From Candidatus Dormiibacterota bacterium (GTDB lineage: Bacteria; Chloroflexota; Dormibacteria; Aeolococcales; Aeolococcaceae): a DNA stretch of 64,000 nucleotides. The notes under the pieces are model-generated. The model was given only the letters and a program-made list of their open reading frames with translations. It did not search any database and was not told the DNA's origin. The stretch spans positions 9,948 to 73,947 of the forward strand of contig JAFARE010000003.1 of NCBI GenBank assembly GCA_019245575.1, read 5' to 3'. The stretch's first letter is position 1, and every line of letters begins with the position of its first letter. A program made the translations under genes and the position numbers. Shown one piece after another: positions 56,459 through 64,000 of this stretch.

Positions 56459-57013
56459 GTGAGCATCGTCACCAAGGGCGGCGACGGCGGCGAGACCGGC
56501 CTGCTCTACGGCGGGCGCGTGCCCAAGGACGACCTGCACACCGAGGCCTACGGCGCGCTCGACGAGGCGATCTCCGCGCTCGGTCTCGCACGCTCGCTGG
56601 AGAACGCTGGAGAACGTGCGGAGCGCCTGCTGGCACTGCAGCGCGAGCTGTTCGTGGTGGGCGCCGAGCTGGCCACCGGCCAGGGGCATCGGGACGACCT
56701 GCAGAAGCACTTCGCGGTGGTGACGCCGGGGATGGTGGAGGCGCTGCACGCGGAGGTCCGCGCCCTCGAGGCGTCGGTGCCCCTGCCGGCGGGGTTCGTC
56801 ATCCCGGGCGGGACGACTCTGGCCGCGGCGCTGGACGTGGCGCGGACGCTGGTGCGGCGGGCGGAGCGGCGCACCGTGGCGCTGCAGCGAGGCGGGGAGC
56901 TGGAGAACCCGGACGTGCTGCGCTACCTCAACCGCTGCTCGGATCTGCTTTTCATGCTGGCACGGCAGGCCGAGCAGGGCGCGATCACGCCGACGGGCGG
57001 TCACCGCGTTTAG
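56459..57013 (+). CDS. PduO-type ATP:cob(I)alamin adenosyltransferase
   Basis: 'TKGGDGGETGLLYGGRV' and 'EAYGALDEAISALGLAR...LQRELFVVGAELA...FVIPGG'. Confidence 0.85.
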   Translation: MSIVTKGGDGGETGLLYGGRVPKDDLHTEAYGALDEAISALGLARSLENAGERAERLLALQRELFVVGAELATGQGHRDDLQKHFAVVTPGMVEALHAEVRALEASVPLPAGFVIPGGTTLAAALDVARTLVRRAERRTVALQRGGELENPDVLRYLNRCSDLLFMLARQAEQGAITPTGGHRV

Positions 57014-57152
57014 GCGCCCGCCCATTGAGCTGCTGCGGCGGCTCGAGTAGATTGCGCGCTGAGCTGAAGCGCCGTTCGGCCCTTCGATCGACAATTCGCT
57101 AGCATTCAGCATCGAATACCACGACGACCAGACGAGAGAGGAGGACTGAGGG

Positions 57153-57935
57153 GTGAGCAGATACATGGTCGCGGCTGCCTGTGCAATTCCGCTCGCGCTC
57201 TTTGCGGGAGCCCACAGCGCGGGGGCCGCACCGGCAAGCGGATCGCACGAGAACACCGTGCGCTGCACGGGCACGATATCGCCGACGTTCAACCCGGGAA
57301 TGATCACCGGGACCGTCGACAACGTCATCGTCCCCGAGAACAACTTCTGCGTCCTCGAAGGCGCCACGGTTCGCCACGACGTCCTTGTGGAGGACAACGC
57401 CGGCCTGGGTGCTGAGAACTCCAGCGTGGGACACGATGTGATCGCCGACGAGCCCTGGGAGATCGAAACGGGCAACAACGGGCCGTTCACCGTGGGCCAT
57501 GACTTTGTTGTCACCGGCTCCGACCTGTCCAATGGCGACCAGGGCTATGACATCTGCGACACGACCGTGGGCCACAACCTGGTCTTCAAGCACACCGGCG
57601 TGCAGTACGAGATCGAGATCGGCGACGTCAGCCCGCCGGCGAACCAGGAGTTCTGCGAGGGCTCACCGTCGCCGCCGACCAAGGTCGGCCACGACCTGAT
57701 CCTCGAGGACAATCTCACCGGCCGAATCGACGTGGGCAACAACACGGTCGGACACAACCTCTTGGTCAAGGACAACACCGCGACCTCGGCCAACGGCGAG
57801 ACGCTGTTTCCGGGCATCGATGTTTCAGACAACACCATCCACAACGAAGCGGTCTGCGACGACAACACGCCCGCTCCAGCGCCCGACGGAACCGAGGACG
57901 GGCCCAACACCGCGAAGGACAACGACGGCTGCTGA
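57153..57935 (+). CDS. secreted Cys-containing repeat protein (seven VGH[DN]-type repeats; beta-helix-like; hypothetical)
   Basis: The GTG is preceded by GAGAGGAGGA. Signal peptide 'AIPLALFAGAHSAGA'. Repeats: 'VRHDVLVEDN', 'VGHDVIADE', 'VGHDFVVTG', 'VGHNLVFKH', 'VGHDLILEDN', 'VGHNLLVKDN', 'TIHNEAVCDDN'. Confidence 0.55.
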   Translation: MSRYMVAAACAIPLALFAGAHSAGAAPASGSHENTVRCTGTISPTFNPGMITGTVDNVIVPENNFCVLEGATVRHDVLVEDNAGLGAENSSVGHDVIADEPWEIETGNNGPFTVGHDFVVTGSDLSNGDQGYDICDTTVGHNLVFKHTGVQYEIEIGDVSPPANQEFCEGSPSPPTKVGHDLILEDNLTGRIDVGNNTVGHNLLVKDNTATSANGETLFPGIDVSDNTIHNEAVCDDNTPAPAPDGTEDGPNTAKDNDGC

Positions 57936-57970
57936 TGCGAGCGCGCCGCTAGCAGCGCACTGACAGCAAG

Positions 57971-58005
57971 AAGAGCCGGCCCCCCGCTCGGGGCGACCGG
58001 CTCTT
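57971..58005. terminator. bidirectional hairpin between convergent genes
   Basis: AAGAGCCGG...CCGGCTCTT is the 9-bp outer stem, and the inner sequence CCCCG-CTC-GGGGCG also pairs. It lies between the stops at 57935 and 58028. Confidence 0.5.
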
Positions 58006-58027
58006 CGCTTGAGCCCTCGTCAGTCGA

Positions 58028-58858
58028 TCAGATCTCCGTCGCGCGCCGCCAGCCGCCCCAGAGCAGGGCGACCACACCGCCCACGATCAACAGCAGGCCG
58101 AGCGCCAGGCGCAGCGCACCCAGGCCGGAACCGGTTCCCGGGGTGCTGATGCCGGACACGCCGCTGGCCACCGAGCTCGACGCCGCGCCGCTGCCGCTGC
58201 CGCTCGAGCTGCCGGGCGCGCTCGTGGTGATGCCCGACACCGACGAGGTCGGCGACGGTGTGGTGGACGAGCAGCTCTGGTCCTCGCCGCCGCTGCCGCT
58301 GCTGATCAGCCGGTGCTGGCTGCTGTACGGCCCGGGCGTCAGGCTGGCGATCGCCTCGCCGTAGATGAAGTCGATCTGGAAGTCGCAGTTGGGCACGCTG
58401 ACGGTCAGCTGCGCCTGGCCGGCGGCCGAGCAGCCGTCCGAGGTGTCGGTGTCGGTGCCCTGGCTGAAGCTCTCGCAGTCGGACATGGTCTGCTGCTTCG
58501 AGCCTTCGGTCTTGGTGTAGCTGACCAGCGTCACCTCCTCGCTGCCGCTGCTGTTGGAGGCGAAGGTGAAGTGGGCGGTGACCGTGTCGCCCGGCTGGAC
58601 GTCGTCACCCAGGGAACACACCGACTCGCTGTGGCCGTCCGAGTGCTGGAGGACGAAGTAGTAGCTGGCGAGCGCCGCAGTGCTCGAGTTGGTGGGGTCG
58701 TTCAGGTTCGGCTGGCTGTTGCAGGTGGGTGGGCTTGACGCCGAGCTCTTGGTGCTACTGTGGTCGGCCGCCTGCACGGTTGCGGTTCCGGCCGTGAACA
58801 CAAGCACGGCGCCAACGGCTACTGCCAGGGCCCCTACCCGGCACAGGAATGTGCGCAT
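58028..58858 (-). CDS. Ser/Thr/Gly-rich surface protein with C-terminal sorting-signal-like anchor
   Basis: Signal peptide 'MRTFLCRVGALAVAVGAVLVFTAGTATVQA', a Cys-containing domain, a Ser/Gly linker, then 'STPGTG' plus a hydrophobic helix plus 'WRRATEI', which has the LPXTG-type layout. Confidence 0.55.
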   Translation of the reverse strand: MRTFLCRVGALAVAVGAVLVFTAGTATVQAADHSSTKSSASSPPTCNSQPNLNDPTNSSTAALASYYFVLQHSDGHSESVCSLGDDVQPGDTVTAHFTFASNSSGSEEVTLVSYTKTEGSKQQTMSDCESFSQGTDTDTSDGCSAAGQAQLTVSVPNCDFQIDFIYGEAIASLTPGPYSSQHRLISSGSGGEDQSCSSTTPSPTSSVSGITTSAPGSSSGSGSGAASSSVASGVSGISTPGTGSGLGALRLALGLLLIVGGVVALLWGGWRRATEI

Positions 58859-58903
58859 GGCTCCCCCGATAAACCCCCGCCTCCCTTCCAACTCCTTTAG
58901 CCC

Positions 58904-60178
58904 TCAGCGTACAGAAACCGCACCCGATTCGCCAAGCATGTGTTCCCACCCGGAGCCGTTTTGGCCGGCCAGCAGGCGGCGGCATCGCAGCGCCAGCCAG
59001 AGGCGCTGGCGTTGCGCCGGGTCGTCCAGGTCGATGCCGGCGTCGCGAAGACGGCCGATCCGGTAGACGACGGTGTGACGGTGAACGCCCAGCTTCTGGG
59101 CGGCTTCCGCGGTGCTGCGGGTGTCGAGCAGCGCCTCGGCTGTGGCCAGCAGGTCGCGATCCCTGGCCCGGCGCTCATTCAGGCCACCTAGGGCGCCCCC
59201 CACGAACCGGTGCAGCGCCACCTGGTCCGCGGCGAGCGCCGCGAACACGCCGACCTCCGCGTCGCTGTGCGCGCGCCGTTCCGGATCGAGCTTGCGGCCC
59301 ACGTCCAGGGCCCGCCGCGCCTGGCGTGACGCTGCGGCGACCTCCTCGAGCGTCGCGGCTGTGGGCCCGAGGCCGAAGACGGCGCCCTCGACCGCCGCGC
59401 ACATCGCGGCGATGTCGGCGCCTACCGGCACCAGCGCGACCCACTGGCCGGGCTCGCCGCTTACCAGGAGCGCGCCGGCCGCCCGCCAGGTGTCGTCCAG
59501 GCTCCGCTCGGCCTCCGGCCCCGCCACGGACGCGGCAACCACCCGGTACGGCGGGTGCAGGGTGAGGTCGGCCGCCGCGGCCAGCCGGCGGAGATCGGCG
59601 GAGGTGTCACCCGCCACGAGCCGCTGCAGGATGCGGTCGCGGTCACGGTCGCGCTGTCGCATCAGGCGCTCGCGGGTCTCCAGGTACGCCTGGCCCACCG
59701 CGGCGCTGATCTCGTCGAAGTACTCCAGAACGCGGCCGGTGACCGCCACGACGGTGGCGGGCGGCACCTGGTTCAGCAGCGCCGGCTCGCCGATCACCTC
59801 CAGCCACACCACCTTGGCCGCCACCCGGTACGCGCCGAACACCACTTCGAGGGGCACGCCCATCTCTGCCTGCTGGGCGCCCATCGACCCCAGCCGGGCG
59901 AGGTCCACCGGACGCAGGCCGCGGCCGTCGTTGAGCAGCCGCACCAGGGTGCGAAAGGCGTCGCGGCAGGCCGCCGTGATGACCCGCAGGTAGCCACGGG
60001 TGAGGAGGCGGTCGTCCATCCGGACGGTGCCGGTGGCGATCTGACGCGTCATGCGCCGGGCGATGGCGTCGGTTTCCGACAGGAGCCGCACGGTCACCTC
60101 CGGCGGCAGAGTGGCCGTGACGGACAAGCTGAGGTCAGCCGACTTGGCTGTCTGGGCCAAATTGTCCTCCACGTACAA
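58904..60178 (-). CDS. PucR/CdaR-family transcriptional regulator
   Basis: C-terminal HTH 'STAEAAQKLGVHRHTVVYRIGRLRDAGIDLDDP', typical of PucR_C. Confidence 0.8.
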   Translation of the reverse strand: MYVEDNLAQTAKSADLSLSVTATLPPEVTVRLLSETDAIARRMTRQIATGTVRMDDRLLTRGYLRVITAACRDAFRTLVRLLNDGRGLRPVDLARLGSMGAQQAEMGVPLEVVFGAYRVAAKVVWLEVIGEPALLNQVPPATVVAVTGRVLEYFDEISAAVGQAYLETRERLMRQRDRDRDRILQRLVAGDTSADLRRLAAAADLTLHPPYRVVAASVAGPEAERSLDDTWRAAGALLVSGEPGQWVALVPVGADIAAMCAAVEGAVFGLGPTAATLEEVAAASRQARRALDVGRKLDPERRAHSDAEVGVFAALAADQVALHRFVGGALGGLNERRARDRDLLATAEALLDTRSTAEAAQKLGVHRHTVVYRIGRLRDAGIDLDDPAQRQRLWLALRCRRLLAGQNGSGWEHMLGESGAVSVR

Positions 60179-60197
60179 AAAACCGCGCGAAACAATT

Positions 60198-61055
60198 ATG
60201 CAACTGCCGATGCTTTGGCCGTACCGCAGAAGTAGCGTGGGAACGGTGATCTACGACGACGTCTTCATCCGGCTGGAGCGCGCCCGCTGGCAACTGAGCA
60301 GCGACATCCACTTCGACGAGATCGACCCTGCCCTGGTGAACGACCAGTGGCGCTTCGACCTGCGCCACATCTGCCTCACCGAGCTGAGCGCGCTGTACGC
60401 CACCGAGATGTTCATCCGCGACTTCTACGCGGACATCGACTTCTGCAGCTTCATCTCCGTCTGGTTCTACGAGGAGATGAAGCATCACCTGGTGCTGCGC
60501 AAGTACCTGGAGCAGCTGGGCGAGACGTTCGACGAGGCCGAGCTGCCCGCGCTGCGGCTCACCTTTGCGCCGGGCCCGGCCATCGAGACGTTGACGATGC
60601 ACTACTGCGGCGAGCAGCGACTCGCCCACTGGTACACGGCGTTTGGCATCCATGCGCCCGAGCCGGTGCTGCGCACGATCTTCAAGATCCTTGCGGCGGA
60701 CGAGTTGCGCCACGCAGCGTGCTACGCGAAATACCTGCGCCGCGCGGTGACCAACAATCCGGCGTGCCTGCCCGACATCCTGAAGATGGCGCTGTGGATG
60801 ATCCGCAGCAGCAATGAGGCGCCGAAGCATCCGACGACGATCACGGAGCCATCCGTGGTGGGCCAGCTCGAGGACCCGGAGTACATCCCGCGGATGCTCA
60901 ACTGGTACCTGCCGGGTCGCGACCACGAAAAGCCGGTGCAGCGCCGCATCCTCGCGCTCATGGGCGAGCTGAGCGACAGGCCGATGGGGTCGCCGCGCGA
61001 CCTGCTTTCCGCGATTCGCGAGACCCAGGGCTCACCGGCGCCGGCCGCCGCGTAA
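60198..61055 (+). CDS. ferritin-like di-iron carboxylate protein (acyl-ACP desaturase / AurF-like oxygenase fold)
   Basis: E...ExxH x2 pattern: 'YATEMF', 'YEEMKHH', 'CGEQRL', 'AADELRHA'. Start uncertain (ATG 60198 or 60207). Confidence 0.6.
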   Translation: MQLPMLWPYRRSSVGTVIYDDVFIRLERARWQLSSDIHFDEIDPALVNDQWRFDLRHICLTELSALYATEMFIRDFYADIDFCSFISVWFYEEMKHHLVLRKYLEQLGETFDEAELPALRLTFAPGPAIETLTMHYCGEQRLAHWYTAFGIHAPEPVLRTIFKILAADELRHAACYAKYLRRAVTNNPACLPDILKMALWMIRSSNEAPKHPTTITEPSVVGQLEDPEYIPRMLNWYLPGRDHEKPVQRRILALMGELSDRPMGSPRDLLSAIRETQGSPAPAAA

Positions 61056-61092
61056 AGCATTTCTGTGCGGCCACTGTGATGGCCGGGCGCGA

Positions 61093-61353
61093 TCAATCGA
61101 CGCGGTGTCGCATTACTCCTGGTCGGCGCGTGACGGCGGCGAGCCCGCGCATATCAGCACCAAACCCGCCGTCCGGCCGCGGTATGCGCTTGAGAGTTTG
61201 CAGGAGCACATCACCGGGGACCAGACTTCGCCGCGGCGGGCTGACGACGGCGACCACCTCGCCATGGCGATGGATTTCGATAGTTTCGCCGGCGGCTGCT
61301 CTGGAGAGGAGATTCGACAGGCCACGGCCGGCGTCAGTTGCCTTGATTCGCAT
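61093..61353 (-). CDS. Phd/YefM-family antitoxin-like protein (no cognate toxin gene)
   Basis: 86 aa with 'ATDAGRGLSNLLSRAAAGETIEIHRHGEVVAVVSPP' and a tail 'RPDGGFGADMRGLAAV', as in Phd-type VapB proteins. Confidence 0.65.
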   Translation of the reverse strand: MRIKATDAGRGLSNLLSRAAAGETIEIHRHGEVVAVVSPPRRSLVPGDVLLQTLKRIPRPDGGFGADMRGLAAVTRRPGVMRHRVD

Positions 61354-61654
61354 GGACGCACCGTAGCGGATTCATCCCACTCCCTCATCCAACTTCCTCA
61401 ATTGACTGCGCGAACCGAAGCACTCGGGAGGGGCGGCGAAATCGGCTATCCAACCGATCGATCCAGCGGGTCGCGAGGGCGAACTTCGACCCGACCGAGC
61501 TGGGCGGCTCGGGGCTTGGTCCGGGCACCACCTCGTCTGCTTTATAGCGAGTCCTCCCGACACGCCCGACTGGGCGCGAGGCGAACCAGATCCACGCCAT
61601 AGGCTTCTGCAGGTTGCAAGGAGGCCAGTTAGCCGGGTGCTAGAATCGTGAATC

Positions 61655-61885
61655 ATGAATCGCCGAACCACAATTTCCGCGGTCGATTCCGACCTGGCCA
61701 CGCTGGAGGCGGAGGCAGTACGTCGAGGCGTGTCCGCCACAACGGTGATCGCAGAAGCGGTCGCTGAGAAGGCCGCAGCACTGCGCCGAGCGCGCCAGCC
61801 ACGCCTGGGCGTGGCCGACAGCGGCGGCCGGTCGGCCGGTGCGGGCAAACTGACAAGCGAACCCATTGCGCATCCGCCTCGCTGA
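61655..61885 (+). CDS. vapB: ribbon-helix-helix (CopG-type) VapB antitoxin
   Basis: 76 aa with 'TTISAVDSDLATLEAEAVRRGVSATTVIAEAV'. Its stop overlaps the PIN gene start (TGATG). Confidence 0.7.
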   Translation: MNRRTTISAVDSDLATLEAEAVRRGVSATTVIAEAVAEKAAALRRARQPRLGVADSGGRSAGAGKLTSEPIAHPPR

Positions 61886-62301
61886 TGGCCTTGGTGTGCG
61901 ACACCGGGCCTTTGCTGGCGGCGCTCGATCGCGGCGACCCCGAGCACGAGCGCTGTCGCGCGCTTCTGACTACCGGGGTCGAGGACCTGGTGGTCCCCGG
62001 GTTGGTCTTGAGTGAGCTGGATTACTGGTGCGACAAGATCGGAATCAACTCGGCTTGGCTGACGTTCCTGGACGACGTTGATGCGGGCGTCTGGCGGCTG
62101 GAGCACCCATCGCTTGCTGACCTCCGACGCGCGCGCGACCTGCAGAGCGCGTATGGCGACCTTTCGCTCGGCGTGGTGGACGCGAGCATCGTCGCGCTGT
62201 GCGAGCGTCTTCGTGAAGACAAGCTCGCGACCCTCGACAGACGCCATTTTTCAGTGGTGCGCCCGGGCCACGTGCGGGCGCTGACACTCCTTCCGGCCTG
62301 A
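61885..62301 (+). CDS. vapC: PIN-domain ribonuclease toxin VapC
   Basis: 138 aa with acidic residues at the expected positions: 'LVCDTGPLLA' (D6), 'VLSELDYW', 'GVVDASIVALCE' and 'LATLDRRHF'. Confidence 0.85.
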   Translation: MALVCDTGPLLAALDRGDPEHERCRALLTTGVEDLVVPGLVLSELDYWCDKIGINSAWLTFLDDVDAGVWRLEHPSLADLRRARDLQSAYGDLSLGVVDASIVALCERLREDKLATLDRRHFSVVRPGHVRALTLLPA

Positions 62302-62360
62302 CCCTCGGGCTCGACCGACCGCGTTCCGGCGGTGGGCCGGGGCATGGTTCCGATCGCACC

Positions 62361-62366
62361 TATAAT
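62361..62366 (+). promoter_or_regulatory. perfect -10 hexamer TATAAT upstream of acyP
   Basis: TATAAT ends 10 nt before ATG 62377, implying a very short leader or leaderless mRNA. No clear -35 element. Confidence 0.35.
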
Positions 62367-62376
62367 CGATCGCGTC

Positions 62377-62661
62377 ATGACCTCGGACATCGTGCGCGTG
62401 CGCGCGGTGGCGCGCGGCCGCGTGCAGATGGTGGGCTTCCGCGCATTCGTGCAACGCCACGCCGCGCAGCTCGGTCTCGGCGGCAGCGTGCGCAACGCAC
62501 CCGACGGCACCGTGGTGTGCGAGCTGCAAGGGGCGCGCGAGGCGGTGGAGCAGATGCTGGCGCGGCTCAACGACGGGCCGCTGCACGCACGCGTGGACAG
62601 GGTCGACGTCGAACCCCTCGAGCCGGTCGCCGATGCGCCCTCGATGCGGGTGACGGCGTGA
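62377..62661 (+). CDS. acyP: acylphosphatase
   Basis: 'VRAVARGRVQMVGFRAFVQRHAAQLGLGGSVRNAPDGTVVCELQG', the acylphosphatase signatures. I chose ATG 62377, downstream of the TATAAT. Confidence 0.85.
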   Translation: MTSDIVRVRAVARGRVQMVGFRAFVQRHAAQLGLGGSVRNAPDGTVVCELQGAREAVEQMLARLNDGPLHARVDRVDVEPLEPVADAPSMRVTA

Positions 62662-63845
62662 CGTTCCAATTCGCAGAGCGCATGTCCCGCCTCGGCACCG
62701 AGAGCGCGTTCGAGGTGCTGGCACATGCCCGGCGCCTGGAGGCCGAGGGCCGCTCGATCATCCACCTTGAGATCGGCGAACCGGACTTCGCCACGCCGCA
62801 GAACATCATCGACGCCGCGGTGCGCGCCCTCAACGACGGCGCGACGCACTACACGCCGGCGAGCGGCATCCCGCAGGTGCGCGAAGCCACAGCGCAGTAC
62901 GTCACCAAGCACACCGGCGTGCCCACCACGATGGAGAACATCGTGCTGACGCCGGGCAGCAAGAACATCCTGCTGTTCGCGCTGCTCATGCTGGTGGAGG
63001 AGGGCGACGAGGTCATCGTGCCCGACCCCGGCTACCCCATCTACCGCTCGCTGGTGGAGTTCATCGGCGCGAAGGCGGTGTCGCTCCCGGTGCGCCAGGA
63101 GAACGCATTTCGCATCGACCCGGCGGAGCTGCGCTCGCTCGTCACGGACCGCACCCGTCTGCTCATCGTCAACTCGCCCGGCAACCCCACCGGTGGCGTG
63201 CTGACGCGCGAGGACTGCGAGCAGATCGCCGAGATCGCGCAGCAGCGCGACCTCGTGGTGCTGAGCGACGAGATCTACAACCGCCTCGTCTACGACGGCG
63301 CGCACACCTCGCTGTACTCGATCGACGGCATGGCCGAGCGCACGATCTACCTGGACGGGCTGAGCAAGGCGTGGGCGATGTGCGGGTGGCGCCTGGGCAT
63401 CGGAGCGATGCCCGTCGAGCTGGCCAAGAGAATGGACACGCTGATGATCAACAGCTCGTCGTGCGCAGCGGCGTTCACGCAGTGGGCGGCGGTGGAGGCC
63501 TTCGACTCGCCGGAGTCGGACGCCGCCGTGGACACGATGGTGCACGAGTTCCATCGCCGGCGCGACATCCTGGTGGACGCGCTGAAGCGAATCCCCGGCA
63601 TCGAGTGCCATCAGCCCGAGGGAGCGTTCTACGTGTTCCCCGACATCACGGCGACCGGCTGGGAGGACCGCGACCTGGCCAACGCGCTGCTCGACGAGGT
63701 TGGCGTCGCCGTGCTGCGCGGCTCGTCATTCGGCCCGCACGGCGCAGGCCACATCCGGCTCAGCTACGCGAACTCGGTCGAGAACCTGATGCTCGCCACC
63801 GACCGCATCGCGACGTTTCTCGGCGCCGCGGTCTCGCAGTCGTAG
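62658..63845 (+). CDS. class I/II PLP aminotransferase (aspartate/aromatic type)
   Basis: 'IIHLEIGEPDFATP', 'NSPGNPTG' and the PLP-Lys 'GLSKAWAMCGWRLG'. The GTG overlaps the acyP stop. ATG 62683 is an alternative start. Confidence 0.85.
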   Translation: MTFQFAERMSRLGTESAFEVLAHARRLEAEGRSIIHLEIGEPDFATPQNIIDAAVRALNDGATHYTPASGIPQVREATAQYVTKHTGVPTTMENIVLTPGSKNILLFALLMLVEEGDEVIVPDPGYPIYRSLVEFIGAKAVSLPVRQENAFRIDPAELRSLVTDRTRLLIVNSPGNPTGGVLTREDCEQIAEIAQQRDLVVLSDEIYNRLVYDGAHTSLYSIDGMAERTIYLDGLSKAWAMCGWRLGIGAMPVELAKRMDTLMINSSSCAAAFTQWAAVEAFDSPESDAAVDTMVHEFHRRRDILVDALKRIPGIECHQPEGAFYVFPDITATGWEDRDLANALLDEVGVAVLRGSSFGPHGAGHIRLSYANSVENLMLATDRIATFLGAAVSQS

Positions 63846-63856
63846 ATGGAACCCGC

Positions 63857-64000
63857 ATGGCCATCGCGCCGCGCGTCCCCTCGCATGCCAGGGTCCGCGA
63901 TCTGCTGGCGGACGCCGACCTCGTCCCTGTAGCGGTCGAGATCCCGCGTCGGGACCTCACGCCGGTGGGCGCGATGCTCGCCCTGGGCGTCGACGGCGAG
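63857..64000 (+). CDS. partial CDS (5' end), possibly a chorismate-utilising enzyme (anthranilate synthase component I-like)
   Basis: Open frame from ATG 63857 to the window edge: 'MAIAPRVPSHARVRDLLADADLVPVAVEIPRRDLTPVGAMLALGVDGE'. The 'DLVPV...DLTPV' pattern resembles TrpE/PabB N-termini. Only 48 codons are visible. Confidence 0.35.
   Translation, partial: MAIAPRVPSHARVRDLLADADLVPVAVEIPRRDLTPVGAMLALGVDGE

Noticed and set aside
60722-61096. 124-aa minus-strand ORF whose ATG overlaps the stop of the orphan Phd antitoxin (ATGA), the position where a VapC toxin would sit.
   Set aside because: It has no PIN acidic residues (it begins 'MIAPGHHSGR'). It is entirely antisense to the well-formed C-terminus of the di-iron protein gene. 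A shadow ORF is the simplest explanation.

Overview
64-kb window of very GC-rich bacterial chromosome. The gene content (PucR, ECF sigma, DUF4190, VapBC, DUF2029 and an MshD-like tandem GNAT) suggests an Actinomycetota-like Terrabacterium, but that placement is inference. I support about 75 CDS, 2 tRNAs (Cys-GCA, Leu-UAA), a few hairpin terminators and two -10-like promoter elements. I saw no CRISPR array, rRNA, integrase or transposase. All product calls come from motifs read in the supplied translations; no database search was run.

Content by region:
- 0-6 kb: CoA-dependent salicylate-to-gentisate operon (aryl-CoA ligase, salicylyl-CoA 5-hydroxylase-like, gentisate 1,2-dioxygenase) plus a P450.
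- 6-20 kb: miscellaneous metabolism and envelope genes, a DUF1800/DUF1501 Tat pair, NfeD/SPFH, rarA, an orphan NarL regulator, a HemL paralogue and DUF2029 membrane proteins.
- 20-28.5 kb: a ROK-regulated CUT2 sugar ABC operon that runs without gaps into an MFS, a cupin and a membrane-protein gene.
- 28.5-37.7 kb: the most accessory-looking part. It holds a kinase/methyltransferase pair, a tRNA-Leu with a 1.3-kb A/T-richer insert carrying an Ltp-domain gene, the three-gene module described below, and an ECF sigma cluster.
- 38-46 kb: murI, a polyprenyl synthase and a block of small Pro/Tyr-rich membrane proteins.
- 46-57 kb: a long housekeeping run (hemA-hemC-hemD-hemB-cyclophilin-hemL, tatAC, rph, rdgB, S1 protease, trxB, PduO).
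- 57-64 kb: secreted and surface proteins, PucR with a di-iron protein, an orphan Phd antitoxin, vapBC, acyP and an aminotransferase.

The best candidate for an undescribed system is the start/stop-overlapped trio at 32957-34454: a Phd/YefM-like antitoxin, a 6-TM Pr6Pr-type membrane protein and a double PRC-barrel protein. The second candidate is the ECF sigma factor coupled to a Tat-anchored partner whose Rieske domain has Asp in place of the first His ligand. The many long antisense ORFs in the track are GC-driven shadow ORFs and were rejected.
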